Below are positions 45,847-64,000 of a stretch of DNA of 64,000 nt, piece by piece. The notes below the pieces were generated by a model, which was not told where the DNA came from, searched no databases, and worked only from the letters and a program-made list of their open reading frames with translations. Position 1 is the first letter of the stretch; each line of letters opens with the position of its first letter. Source of the stretch: Blastocystis sp. Blastoise. Taxonomy: Eukaryota; Protista; Bigyra: Opalinata. A program made the translations under genes and the position numbers. The stretch lies in NCBI GenBank assembly GCA_039096225.1, contig JBBPEB010000028.1, positions 248,001 through 312,000 on the forward strand. The letters run 5' to 3'.

Positions 45847-47346
45847 ATCTTATAATTATTATTAAAAAAGTATTTGAAGAATTACTATTGGTCACCATTA
45901 TGGCAAACATGAATAAAAATTTGGGCCTACCCAACAAAGTAAAATAGAGTGTAAATAAAGTAATAAGCTTATTCAATTTTCCCACAAAAATGTTCCAAAA
46001 GTTGAAGTTGACATAGTTTTCTTGTCTTATTTCATATGATAATTCTCTTATTAATTCTTTTAAATGATGTAATATGTCTTGTATAAATGATGTAATTATA
46101 GAAAGCGCAACTAGTTACTTTTTGCTTAATTCATGTAGCATTCATTTTTAAAAAGGGCGGAATTACATTAATATCTAATATTTATCAATTTCACACATGT
46201 GATTCATTGAGATTCTAAATAAAACAAAGGAAAAAAACAAGATTATGTCATTCTTCCTAAATCTTAATTATTGAAACTGAGTGATATACGAATAATTGTC
46301 TCATAAAGTCTTTTCTTACATTAGTTATAATCAATTGGTAGAATCTTATTTTTCTCTTGAATATGTCAAATCTGATTTATTTTTATTATTCCATTTAGTT
46401 GTGATTATTCAAATGATTTGCTTATATGTTTATTTAGTATATATGCTGTATCATATCTGATATCTATTAATTTTATGCTTGCTACTTAATTGTGTTATAT
46501 CTGGTTTGCTAAATATGATTTTATTTGATAATTTCTATCAGTACAGTATTTAAATTTCTTTTTTTTTTGTTTGCTTGTTTTTATAATGTACTTTGTATTT
46601 TATTTATTGTCATTACATCTGATTTACTTCTCTCATTTCTTTTAGTTTTTATTGCTTTTTCATATATTTGCTTGATCTCTTGTTGCCTTAATGATTATAA
46701 TTAATGTGTTTCTTAGCTTGAATTACTTTTTATTGTGCTTGTATCTTCAATAGAATTGTAAAACTGAATAAATATTTTTTTATACCATATATATTTTGGT
46801 TTTATAGTCAGGGGCTTATTGACAATTGGCTAGATGTATTACAAATATTTAATATGTCCTCAATTATTCTTCTTCCACATGTTTTTGTTTCTATTCATTA
46901 TGGCATCAAATAAGGTATATTATTATGTTATTCTGATTAATGTATATGCTTTTTATTTCTATTATTCAGTATATTAGTGACTTTTCTTTGTTTTTAAAAT
47001 TTCTTTGAATTATTAATATTATTTCTCCTTTATTATACCCATATATTATTAATAAATTAATGAAACATGTAGAAAAACATATGTCGTTAATTAGTATTAT
47101 AATTATATGTTTTATGTATATATAGTAAATTTTTTTCATTTTACATGAAAAGTCTTTCTTATTTAAGTATAAATTATTGATTTCAATTGTTTTTTAGATG
47201 TTATTATATTTGGTTTTATTATATATATCTATAGGTAAGTTGATAATAACACCTGCTCTTTTTATTAATACTCAAACTCAAACTGTTTTAGTAATTAAAT
47301 TATTGGGTAAAATAGATGATATGTAATTAATACTAATAATTACAGT

Positions 47347-53674
<6,328 letters not shown>

Positions 53675-54634
53675 GTATATGTATATATATATATAAATTA
53701 TTATATAGATTATTATATATTATTATTATTTATCTTCTTTATATATGTTTATTTATTTAATGTTGTATGATAGATAAGTGTATTCTTTTTTGAATCATTT
53801 TAATTATTTATACTATTATATATAGAATATGAAATAGTAATAATACATTATATATAAATGATGGTTATTTTTCGGAGAAATATTTTTTTTTAACTTGATG
53901 AACAATTTATGCATAAATTATATCGAACATTTTGCTAATGTTACTGTATATATATATTATAATTACCTATAATAATTGAAAGTTTATATATATATATATA
54001 TATAGTATATATCTACTCCTTCGATCTTCTTATCTAAAAGTACTCATCGAAACCCTTTACAACAATTATTATTGAATACATATACAGAACGATACATAGT
54101 TATAGTATTACATTAACCAAATTATTATTATTATTATTCATCAAAAAATTATTATATTTATTGCTATTAAATCTGATTAATGTTAACATATATAATAATT
54201 TAGTATATTTATTATTATTAGTATCATCATTATATTATTATTATTATACATATATAGATTATATGATACTGATTATCTATTTGTTTTTAAATGTAAGCCC
54301 AAAATATTTAGAAATAGAGTTTTTAGATGATTGTAATAATAATAGAAATAATATATATATTATTATATAGTTATTGATAAAATAAAAGATAATAAATGTG
54401 AGAATGGTTTTAAAATAAGTATATATATATATATATTTATTATTAATAATATTATTATGATAACCTGATTATAGAATCATATAGATACCCAATTTTATTC
54501 TATGTAATATGAATTATTATTTGGCTTTAACATTAAAGACATATGTATGTAAAGTCTAAGAATGGCAATTGGGAATGTAATATTTATTGTTGTTATTTTA
54601 AATAATATATATATTTATGCAGTATATCACCTTT

Positions 54635-54700
54635 ACTTAAGCTTGAATGGCAAGAGAGGGTCATTCTAGACAATCTTCAGGTTCAAATCCTGACTTAAGT
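54635..54700 (+). ncRNA. tRNA-like cloverleaf with B-box (right TIR copy)
   Basis: Same 66-nt sequence as 13927-13992: GGTTCAAATCC B-box, 7-bp closing stem and T7 just downstream. Confidence 0.55.
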
Positions 54701-55986
54701 ATTTTTTTAAAGATTTTTTAAGATTTTTTTTTCTTTGTTAGAATTTGTATTATTTCAGTCATATTTCAATATTATACGTTGATATTCACTCATGAGTTAT
54801 ATCTATAGGCTATCTACTTAAAAGTGATATTAATATTTTATCAAAATGAAGTAGACACAACATTGCAATTGCATTAGCTTATATTTTCATTTACTCAATT
54901 CTGGATTAATTAAGGATGCTAATGATCCTTCTGCATACTTTTGAAGTGTTAGGTAATTGATATAATAATTTATTAGACAAAAAATCAACACATCTTAATT
55001 TTATAATCTTAATATTATATTAAAAGCATAATTTTATAATCATGCGTTTCTATGATCATCTAGATTGCAATAGGATATCTTTAGAATTGTTTTATAATAC
55101 TTTAAGAGTATTCATTCCATTCATTCTAAATATATCTTATTATTTCTAGCTGTATATCACTTAGAATACCATTATTATCAGTTTTAAATCATTTAATCAT
55201 TGAATCTATACTTTAAATAAAAATTCTAAATATTATCTTTAATATCTTATTTTAAAACATATATATAATTTATTTATTTATTTAAAGTGTTTATTTCTTT
55301 GATTCTGTTATAAAATATAATTATACTTCAATGCATTAACAATTAATTAATTGTAACATTCGTTTTTTCTTTTGTAATTCATTCATAAACTATAAATAGT
55401 GATGAATAATACAGGATATCAGTTTCAAGTTGAATCTCTGTTATTAATATAAATGTGTACATTACTCTTTCATTTCTTTAAATAATTGTTGACTTATAAC
55501 AAATTACTATGTATTAAACGCTATACATTTATGTACTCAAAAATAGCTCGAAAATATAAATAAATAACGGAATTACAGTGCATTATAATGAAAGTAGTTA
55601 AATAGTTAGTATTTTTGCAATATAATTGCTATAAAACGCTTTTATGTTTCTATCAAGTCATGCTTACAATTATTTATATAATAATGCTTCAGTTTAATGC
55701 TAATTTTATAGTTTTAATGAAAATATAAAAAAACAACTATATAGAGTATTTAAAGAAAGTCATAAAATGTATTTTTTAAATATTTAAAAATCAACTATAG
55801 GTTATATATCATAAAAATTTATATTTTAATATTTATTATATATTTTTTATTAAAAAAGTATTTAATGATTGTATCATAAAATATAGAAAATAATTGGATG
55901 AACCAAACTTGGTGCGTATGACGAACATCACTTTTGAACTACGTAACGGCAACTTTTAGAAAATGAACGTGGCAGGTCGAGTTCTC

Positions 55987-55995
55987 AACTACTGG
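55987..55995 (+). repeat. Right 9-bp target-site duplication AACTACTGG
   Basis: Identical to 12632-12640. Confidence 0.95.
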
Positions 55996-56319
55996 AACAC
56001 TGAAAAAAAGATGAATTATTTTCAGTTACTTTATAAATGATTAAGGAAAAAGAGCGAATTATAAGATAAATTGATTATATTCTTATTCTAGCTAATTACA
56101 CAGATTCTAATAATACTACTCAATGTTAAAAAAGTTAATAAAATTGATCATCTCAAATAAAAAAATGATCAATTTACTTGGAATGTTAGAAACTACAAAC
56201 AAGAGAATTAATAAAAATGACAAAACAACATAAGGAATAAAAATATACATAGAATAATTTTTAAACAAATAAAATAGCAAACATAACAACTTCAAACGAA
56301 AATTCCATTGAGAATGATT

Positions 56320-57295
56320 TTAGTGACGAATTTTGAATCCAAGTTTATTAATAGTATTACGAACAAGAGATTTTGGTTCAGAAATTTCTATAGAATAGAG
56401 GAATAATAATAGATAAATTGTTATAAACTAGAAGAGTAAAGAGAATGCCAAATAAATAATTACCTTCATTATTATGAATAGATTGATCAGCAATAGATGT
56501 TTTTATTGGTTCTTCTTCAGTCTTTGGTGCTTCTTCAATTTTTAACTCTTCTTTCTATAAATATATATATATAGATAAATATAGAATAATATAATAGTTT
56601 TAAGATATATATACTGGCTTTTCTTCATTATTGACAATTTCATTTTCTATTTTTGTTTTTTTCGATTCCTTTTGAACATTATTATTTATATCTTCATGAT
56701 TATCAATATTTCTCTTTTCAGATTTCTTACTGGAAGATTTGTTTCTATTCATTTGGTGCTTTATATCTATATACAATAACAATTGTAATTTTATTACAAT
56801 AAATATGATTATTAATATAATATAATATAATAATAGAATAATAGAATATAATAAAATTAAATTAAAAAATACTATAATATAATTTAATAAATACTTCTAG
56901 TTATTTTCTTAAGTGTGCCTGCAATCTTTTCTTCTTGATTATCACTAATTTTAGAACGTAAAACAGGACTGTCACTATATTTAAATCCTTTAATAAAGGC
57001 AACAAAGGATTTCTTTTCATTTTTATCTTCTATAAATTGTGATAATACAGTATATACAATATCTCCACGTAAGTAGATACATAATCTTAATAAAGATATG
57101 AAATCCATCTTACTAATAGCATATATATAGGGAAGAGAAAGAGGACTAGCAAGTTGTACATATTCATAAAAGAATGGACATGTTTTTTCATTTAATTCAA
57201 TCTAATATATATATATATATAAGAAAAGGAATCATATAAATATATATATAAATATATATATATAAACATATACATAAGAAAATGAACATACGAAT

Positions 57296-57330
<35 letters not shown>

Positions 57331-59305
57331 CATATACTTTTCCTCCATTTTCTTTTAATCCCAGAATACTCATAATAAATTGTTTGGCTTCGTCTTTGCT
57401 ATCTTTAGGCTCTGATTTCCCGCGGTTATCGCACTCACCAAGTAAAATAGGCTTTAATAATTCAGATATTTCTTTATCATATACCTATATATATAAGTAT
57501 GAATGATAATAGACAAAAAAAAGTGATAAAAAACATAATTATGCTTATATATATATATATATATACTTGATTTCTTCTGCATGAATTAAATAATTGTAAC
57601 ACAACTCCTTTTTTAGATTTATATAAAGCAGAAATAGAAGGACTAAGAATTTCATATGATTTTTTTACTAAGTTCTTTTCATAAATACAAGCAAGAAGCT
57701 GTTGAATGACATAATTACCATTTCGATCGTCAACATATTCAAGAAGAGAATCAACTAATGATGACTATAATATATATAATATTCAATAGTATGTAATAAT
57801 ATATTGTAAATATCACCAATGATATATATATAATAGTCAATAATCAATAGTATATAATAATATATTGCAACAATCAACAGCGATATATATATGTATATAT
57901 ACATAAATAATAATAAGTTTCTTATTGGGTATAAAAGGAGTAATAGCCTCAAGTGTACGTGCACCGATAGTATTCTTAATTAAATGTATATATAAAGAAG
58001 TAGAATAAGAGAGGACATCATCATCATCCTGAATCTATATATATATATAATCATAATAATAACTGCTATATTAAAGACAACAGAATCATCATTATCATAT
58101 TCAAAATACATACTAATATATATATATATATATACTTGTAGAATTGAAGTAGCAAGAGAAACAGAGGAAGTTGCAGGAAGAATTGTTAATAATAACTGAA
58201 TAACAGGGCTTCCATACTATATATTCATGGGAATAATTATCATTGTATATATATATATACAATAATAACTCATATTTATAAAAAATAACAATAAAAAAAT
58301 AACAATATTATTTTTATAATAAAAATAATATATATATATATATATATATATACTTGATTTGTAAGAACTTCTTCCATTTCTTCTAAAGATAATTTATTCA
58401 TTTCTTCAGTTAATAATAATAAACTAGATTCATATTCTTGAGGGAATATATGTTTTTCCTATAAGTATATATATATAATAATATATATAATGATATATAA
58501 AATAATATATAAAATAATATATAAAATAATATATAAAATAATATATAAAATAATATATAAAATAATATATAAAATAATATATAAAATAATATATAAAATA
58601 ATATATAAAATAATATATAAGATAATATATAAAACAATATATAAACAATATATATATATATACATTATTACCACGTTTTCCTTTATTCAAATGTTTCTTT
58701 TCTTTGGCATAATAAGGTGGATATCCACAGAGAATACATAAAAGAATTCTTATCACGTGAGTAGCACATGGGTCACACATTAATTTATTAAATGAACTAC
58801 TTAATTCACTTACAATTTGAATAATAATTTGAGATAAAGTCTCTAAAGGCTCTCCTAAAGGTGTAGTTTCCACCGTATCTGTACTCTCTTTATTTCTTAA
58901 AAAATATGATGCTTGTTCTAAAGCAGTTTGCATCACATGAGATGCATAACGCTGAGTAAACATATGAATAGTAAAACCTTTACAATAAGACAAAAACAAA
59001 CGTAATTGACTTCTTGAAGAAGCTTTGATAATCTTTTCAATAGTGAAACTAACCTTTCTATCAGTAGCTAAACTAACTTCCATCCCTCTTAATTCTTGAT
59101 TTACATTAGAAATTAATGTAATTTTTTCTTCAGGATCTTCTGTATTATCTAATACACCTTGAATTTGAGATATATATCTCAAGCTGTCCTCAGTAGGCTT
59201 CTTAGGACGTAAAGTATGACTATAATCAACTAATAAATTGCAATTTATTATTATTTACTATTGATTGAAAGGAGAACTAGCAGCTTCAGGTGTTTCTGTA
59301 TCCAT
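56320..59305 (-). CDS. NOP9: Nucleolar protein 9 (PUF-repeat), multi-exon
   Basis: EDSLRYISQI...ELRGMEVSLATDRKVSFTIEKII...RYASHVMQTAL...DPCATHVIRILLCILCG...GNYVIQQLL. Start codon inferred at 59305; stop at 56320-56322. Confidence 0.82.
58495..58650. repeat. 12-bp tandem repeat (ATATAAAATAAT)n in a NOP9 intron
   Basis: Directly visible. It gives the IIYK and ILFY repeat ORFs. Confidence 0.9.
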
Positions 59306-59544
59306 ATTTATAATTTTAAACAATGTATTACTAATCAAGGAATCAAAAGCTTTTCTTTTGTTTCTGGTTTCTTTCTTTTTAATTCCCCCATGATTATTTA
59401 TTTGTGCCAAATTCCCACAAATGCCGACAGCCGCCGATTGTACGTTGCTGATTTGTTTTGTCAGAAAAAATTAGCATTTTTCTTTTTTATTTCATAGGTG
59501 TTTCCATTAGGGTAATCGTTTTTACACCACTGTATTTGAAAATC

Positions 59545-59686
59545 GGCATAATTCATACTCAGCATAGTAGAAGGTGTTTTCTTTAGAGTATGCATAGTAG
59601 ACCAGGCCAATAGGCTACCCGCCTATTGGCCAAACTATGCTGAGCATGAATTTTTTCGTCATACTATGCTGAGCATGAATTATCCC
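59545..59686. mobile_element. MITE-like or transposon-end remnant with 25-bp inverted repeats and a central GC hairpin
   Basis: GGCATAATTCATACTCAGCATAGTA (59545-59569) matches the reverse complement of 59662-59686 at 23/25. An extra motif copy lies at 59634-59652, and an 11-bp hairpin GGCCAATAGGC/GCCTATTGGCC at 59605-59631. No clean TSD. Confidence 0.55.
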
Positions 59687-59688
59687 TT

Positions 59689-60554
59689 TATTTGAATCCT
59701 CAGAAAACAAGTCACTATGATTTTTATCAATATTTCTTGCAATTAACAGATGAAGATGGAGAGAAATTCTTGCCTTATTATACAGATTTACCAGATAAAG
59801 AGATTCAGGAGATTATTATGGAACACAGAAAGACACCTGAAAATAGACTAGTTCAAAAAACAATTGCAAGTATATATTCTTTATTTATTTATATATATGT
59901 ATATATTATTTAATATTTTTCAATCAATTTTATATGTATAGAAAGTTTAATTACTGAGATTCGTGGAGAAGAAGCATATAGGATTGCTTCTGCTGTATAT
60001 AAATATTAGTTTTATTTACATATATGTTTATTTACTTATAATATTGTATTTATTTATATTATTTTAATTATAAATTAAATATTTGTATATATTATTCTAT
60101 AGTGTACAGATATTCTCTTTAAACGTATATACGATAACATTACTATAGAAGAAATAGAGCCCTATTTGAATGAATTACCTGCTTTTGAAATACCTTACGA
60201 GAATATAAAAGACAAAAAATTATTAGATATATTATTTCAATGTAAATTTGGTCCTTCTAAAAGTATATTTTTAAAGTTTATATATATATATAATATTCTT
60301 TATAAACTAATAACTTTTATATAAAAAATTAATTAGATTTTATAATTATGTTCAATAATAGAATAACTATTAATATAATTATAATACTATATATAGAAGA
60401 TATTCAGCGAGTTATTAAGAGTGGTGGTTTGTCTTTAAACAATCAAATAGTGAAAGATCATCTATATACATTAAAAGAAAGTGATATTATTGCACATAAA
60501 TGGCTCTATGTAAAACGAGGCAAAAGACAAGTCCTCATTATTCGTGTTATCTAA
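59689..60554 (+). pseudogene. Bacterial/mitochondrial-type tyrosyl-tRNA synthetase, C-terminal half only (anticodon-binding and S4 domains)
   Basis: YLNPQKTSHYDFYQYF...PENRLVQKTIA...IRGEEA...IKSGGLSLNN...VKRGKR. No HIGH/KMSKS catalytic domain lies upstream. Confidence 0.8.
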
Positions 60555-61613
60555 GTTATTCTTATTCTAGTTTGTGTTTGTGTTTTTTTTAATAACTTTT
60601 ATATTTTTATTCTATGTGTTTTGTTTATCAAAAATTAGTTAGGCTATTTTGAGGTTTCACCAATTATGGTTTCGTGATCTTTCTGTCAAGAAAACAGTGA
60701 ATAAGAAGAAAAATACACATTAAAATACCAAGAATCTAATTGAAAGAATTTCTAATATTCATTGGTAGCTTAATAAACACTCATATAACAAAACAAAGAC
60801 ATATATACAATATATAACATATAATAAACAAATAATAATAATAATGAATATTATAATGGAGTCAATCAGTACTTATAACACATTCTTAAGTATAATCATC
60901 TATATATAAACATAATTAGAATAATATAAAACATTAATTAATTATAATAAATATTTAAATAACAAAAAATATATACTAAAAATTCAAATAATAACAAAAA
61001 TAATAATAAATATAATATATATATATGTACACAAAAAACTATATAAATATAATTGATGCTAGTTAAAATAGGATAAAAATAAATAATATATATACCATTT
61101 AAATCTAAATTCTTTCTGAATCAAACGAATCTTTGTAATTTGTAAAAAAAAAGAAGAAATAGAATATAAATATGTGAACATACAATGATTCAACGTTATA
61201 GAAGACAAAGAAGGTCAACCATAACAAAAAATGACGTTATCTAGAGAAAGGAATAGAATTAAGCAAAATAAAACACACCTTAAACTTCAAGCAACTACTA
61301 TATACATACCAGACAGAAATAAACCAATATCTTTTAAATATTACAAGCATCCATAGTTAAAAGATGACTCACGATAATAAATATAATGTGAAATCAATAT
61401 AGATAAAATGATAATAAATGTTTATGACATAAATTCAAAAGATATAGTGCAAAATAATAGTATAAATAAGAATGATAAAGATTTATTTTTTATATAAGAC
61501 TTATTAGGGATTTTGTATTACCAAAATTTCCTTAGTAAGAAAGTATTTTTCCTTTATTACGATTTTATTCTATATAAATAATATAGTTTTTCTAGAGATC
61601 ACATGTTTTTGAA

Positions 61614-64000
61614 ATGGAGCCTTCAGTGACGCTTTCAGATGAGATATTGAATAACTCTCCGTCAAAATTAGATGGAATTCCTGAAGATATAGAGTTTGAT
61701 TATAGAGTATTTGGTTGCCAACTAATCCGTGAAGCTTCTATTCGTCTTAAACTATCACAACTTGTCAGTGCGTCAGGTCAAATACTGTTACAGCGTTTTT
61801 ACTACAAACGGTCTTTCAAACAGTATCATCCATTTTTTGGTATATATATGTTATTAGAATTAAGAAATATTTAGTATATATTATATATAGTGTCCATGAG
61901 TTGTCTTTTCTTAGCTTCAAAGATGGAAGAAGAGCAAGTTCGCTTGTCATCTTTATTAAAGTGTTTCTTTTTAATGTTTTTAACACGCAATGAATTACCT
62001 CTTCGACGACTCGATATAAATGATCCTATATATATATATATATATATATATTGTTATAACATATATTTATTAATTATAATGAATGTATATATTGTTATAA
62101 ACATATATTTATTAATTATAATGAATATGATCTATATTATTAATATATAGGTAACATGTAGTATAGCATTATATATATATATAATATATATAGATATATC
62201 AGCAATGGAGTTCACGAATTGTCAAGATAGAACAGTTATTATTATATTTATTTGAATATAAATTAAGATATATTACTGATCATCCTCATAAATTTATATT
62301 ATTATTTATTAAAAGAATTGATGGTGATATTTCTATGGCTCAAAAAGCATGGAATATTTGTAATGATATGTATATTATTATTATATCTATTGTTATTATG
62401 TATTTTATTTTATTTATATTTATTATAGTTATATTTATATTTATTATTATTATATTTATATTAATTATTATTATATTTATATTAATTATTATTATGATTC
62501 TAAAGGTTGTCTACCGATTTATGTCTTCGATTTCCCTCCAATACTTTAGCGGCAACTGCTATCTATATATGTACATTGTATATATTTTTTTTGTAATTTA
62601 TTTTTATTATATATTTATATATTGATTAATAACATAATATATATATAAAGATATAATAAGAAACCTCTTCCTGATTGTACATATAAATTATTCTCTACTT
62701 CTAAAGAAGATATCCTTTTTATTTATATTATTTATATATATATTATACGATATATGTTTATATTCTTATTTCATTCAGATAATATATATATCCTTCATGT
62801 TATTTACAAATAGAACATGTATTAGTTTATATTCAACGATTATATAAAGAAAAACCTATTATATGGATACCAGATCTTTATTCCTACTGTATATATATAT
62901 ATATTAAATCTATTTATGTATATTCAAATTATAGTTTTTTTCTGTTTAAAGATCTATATATATTAAAACTTTATAATCTTTTTTTATTATTTCTCCTATA
63001 AAAGATATATATATATATATAGTAAAATTATTAAAAGACAAAGATCCTAGTCTTTATACGACTATAAATATGGATTCTTTTCATTATAATAATAATACAA
63101 AGCCTGGTATTCCTTCTATTACTGATTCTATTAATATAAAGAATGCAATAACGAATAAAGATGCAACTAATGCTTCTTCTACGAGTAATAGTATAACAGG
63201 AAATAATGAAAATAAACTTGAAAATAAACTTGAAAATAATGAAAATAATGAAAATAAACTTGAAAATAAGCTTGAAAATAAGCTTGAAAATGATATACAG
63301 ATATCTATAGATACACATATAACTCCAGAATCTGAAAACTATAAATATATACATGTTGATCTCTTGGAAGATTATTGTCCACCTCCTATCTATGAAGATC
63401 TTCTTCAGTATATATATATATATATATATATATAGTTTTCTTTTATATATAGTCAATTGTAATTCATATCTATTATATAATTGTTTAAATATATTATTTT
63501 GATTTATATATTTGTCTATCTATTGTTATTATCACTCTTTATATTTATATATAGAAAGAAATCAAGATTTGCAGATAATAATACACTAAGTATATTTATA
63601 ATTATAATAATAATAATTATTATTATTATCTATAGATGTATCACCAGAAGTATTATCTTCTCATGGTTCTTCTAAGAAAGATATTCATGATGAACGTAGA
63701 AGTAGAATAGAAGAACATAAGAGTAAAGATAAGCATTATTCTAGTCATAGAGATAGTCATAGACATCATGATAGAAGTAGAAGTAGAGATAATTATAGAA
63801 GTAAAGGTAGAGATAGAAGTAGAAGTAGAGATAATTATAGGGATAGAAACAGAAGCAAAAGTAGAGATAATTATAGGGATAGAAACAGAAGTAGAGATAA
63901 TTATAGAGATAAAGATAATTATAGAGATAAAGATAATTATAGAGATAGAAGTAGAAGTAGAGATAATTATAGAGATAAAGATAATTATAGAGATAATTAT
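61614..64000 (+). CDS. CCNL1: Cyclin L with RS/RD-rich C-terminal tail; runs off the window
   Basis: NSPSKLDGI...RVFGCQLIREASIRLKLSQ...GQILLQRFYY, CLFLASKMEE, HPHKFI, AQKAWNICND; R/S/D repeats at about 63700-64000. Confidence 0.88.

Noticed and set aside
54635-54700. Amber-suppressor tRNA (TT-CTA-GA in the middle loop)
   Set aside because: A 7-nt loop centred on CTA leaves no proper stem. The other copies have different loop sequences, and local genes use TAG/TAA as stops.
63780-64000. Regular AGAGATAATTAT repeats resembling a CRISPR or satellite array
   Set aside because: They encode the RS/RD-rich tail of cyclin L, have no unique spacers, and sit in a eukaryotic context.

Overview
This is a very AT-rich, intron-dense eukaryotic (protist-like) locus whose introns typically read GTATAT(AT)n...(AT)nAG; the organism cannot be identified from the sequence alone. 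Ordinary housekeeping genes lie at both ends: sirtuin, a TFIIIC subunit 6-like gene, SMC5, NOP53 and RPC25/POLR3H on the left, and NOP9, a C-terminal TyrRS fragment and cyclin L on the right. The central 43,346 bp (12641-55986) is one giant Mutator-like (MULE) transposon with near-identical 2,513-bp terminal inverted repeats (TIRs) and a perfect 9-bp target-site duplication (TSD), AACTACTGG. After manually removing three nested Helitron-like insertions and splicing the GT-AG introns, it encodes one continuous minus-strand ORF of roughly 1,300-1,400 aa (45846 to 24950). That ORF fuses a Zn-finger/DDE/SWIM MULE transposase to a Ulp1/C48 SUMO-protease domain with an intact H-D-C triad. The element also carries Pack-MULE-style host cargo: VPS13 pieces, a decayed M1 aminopeptidase and a possible PIKK FAT fragment. 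A linker-less tRNA-like cloverleaf of about 66 nt with compensatory base changes occurs four times, once in each TIR and twice in the middle Helitron. All splicing, folding and alignments were done by eye and need computational confirmation.
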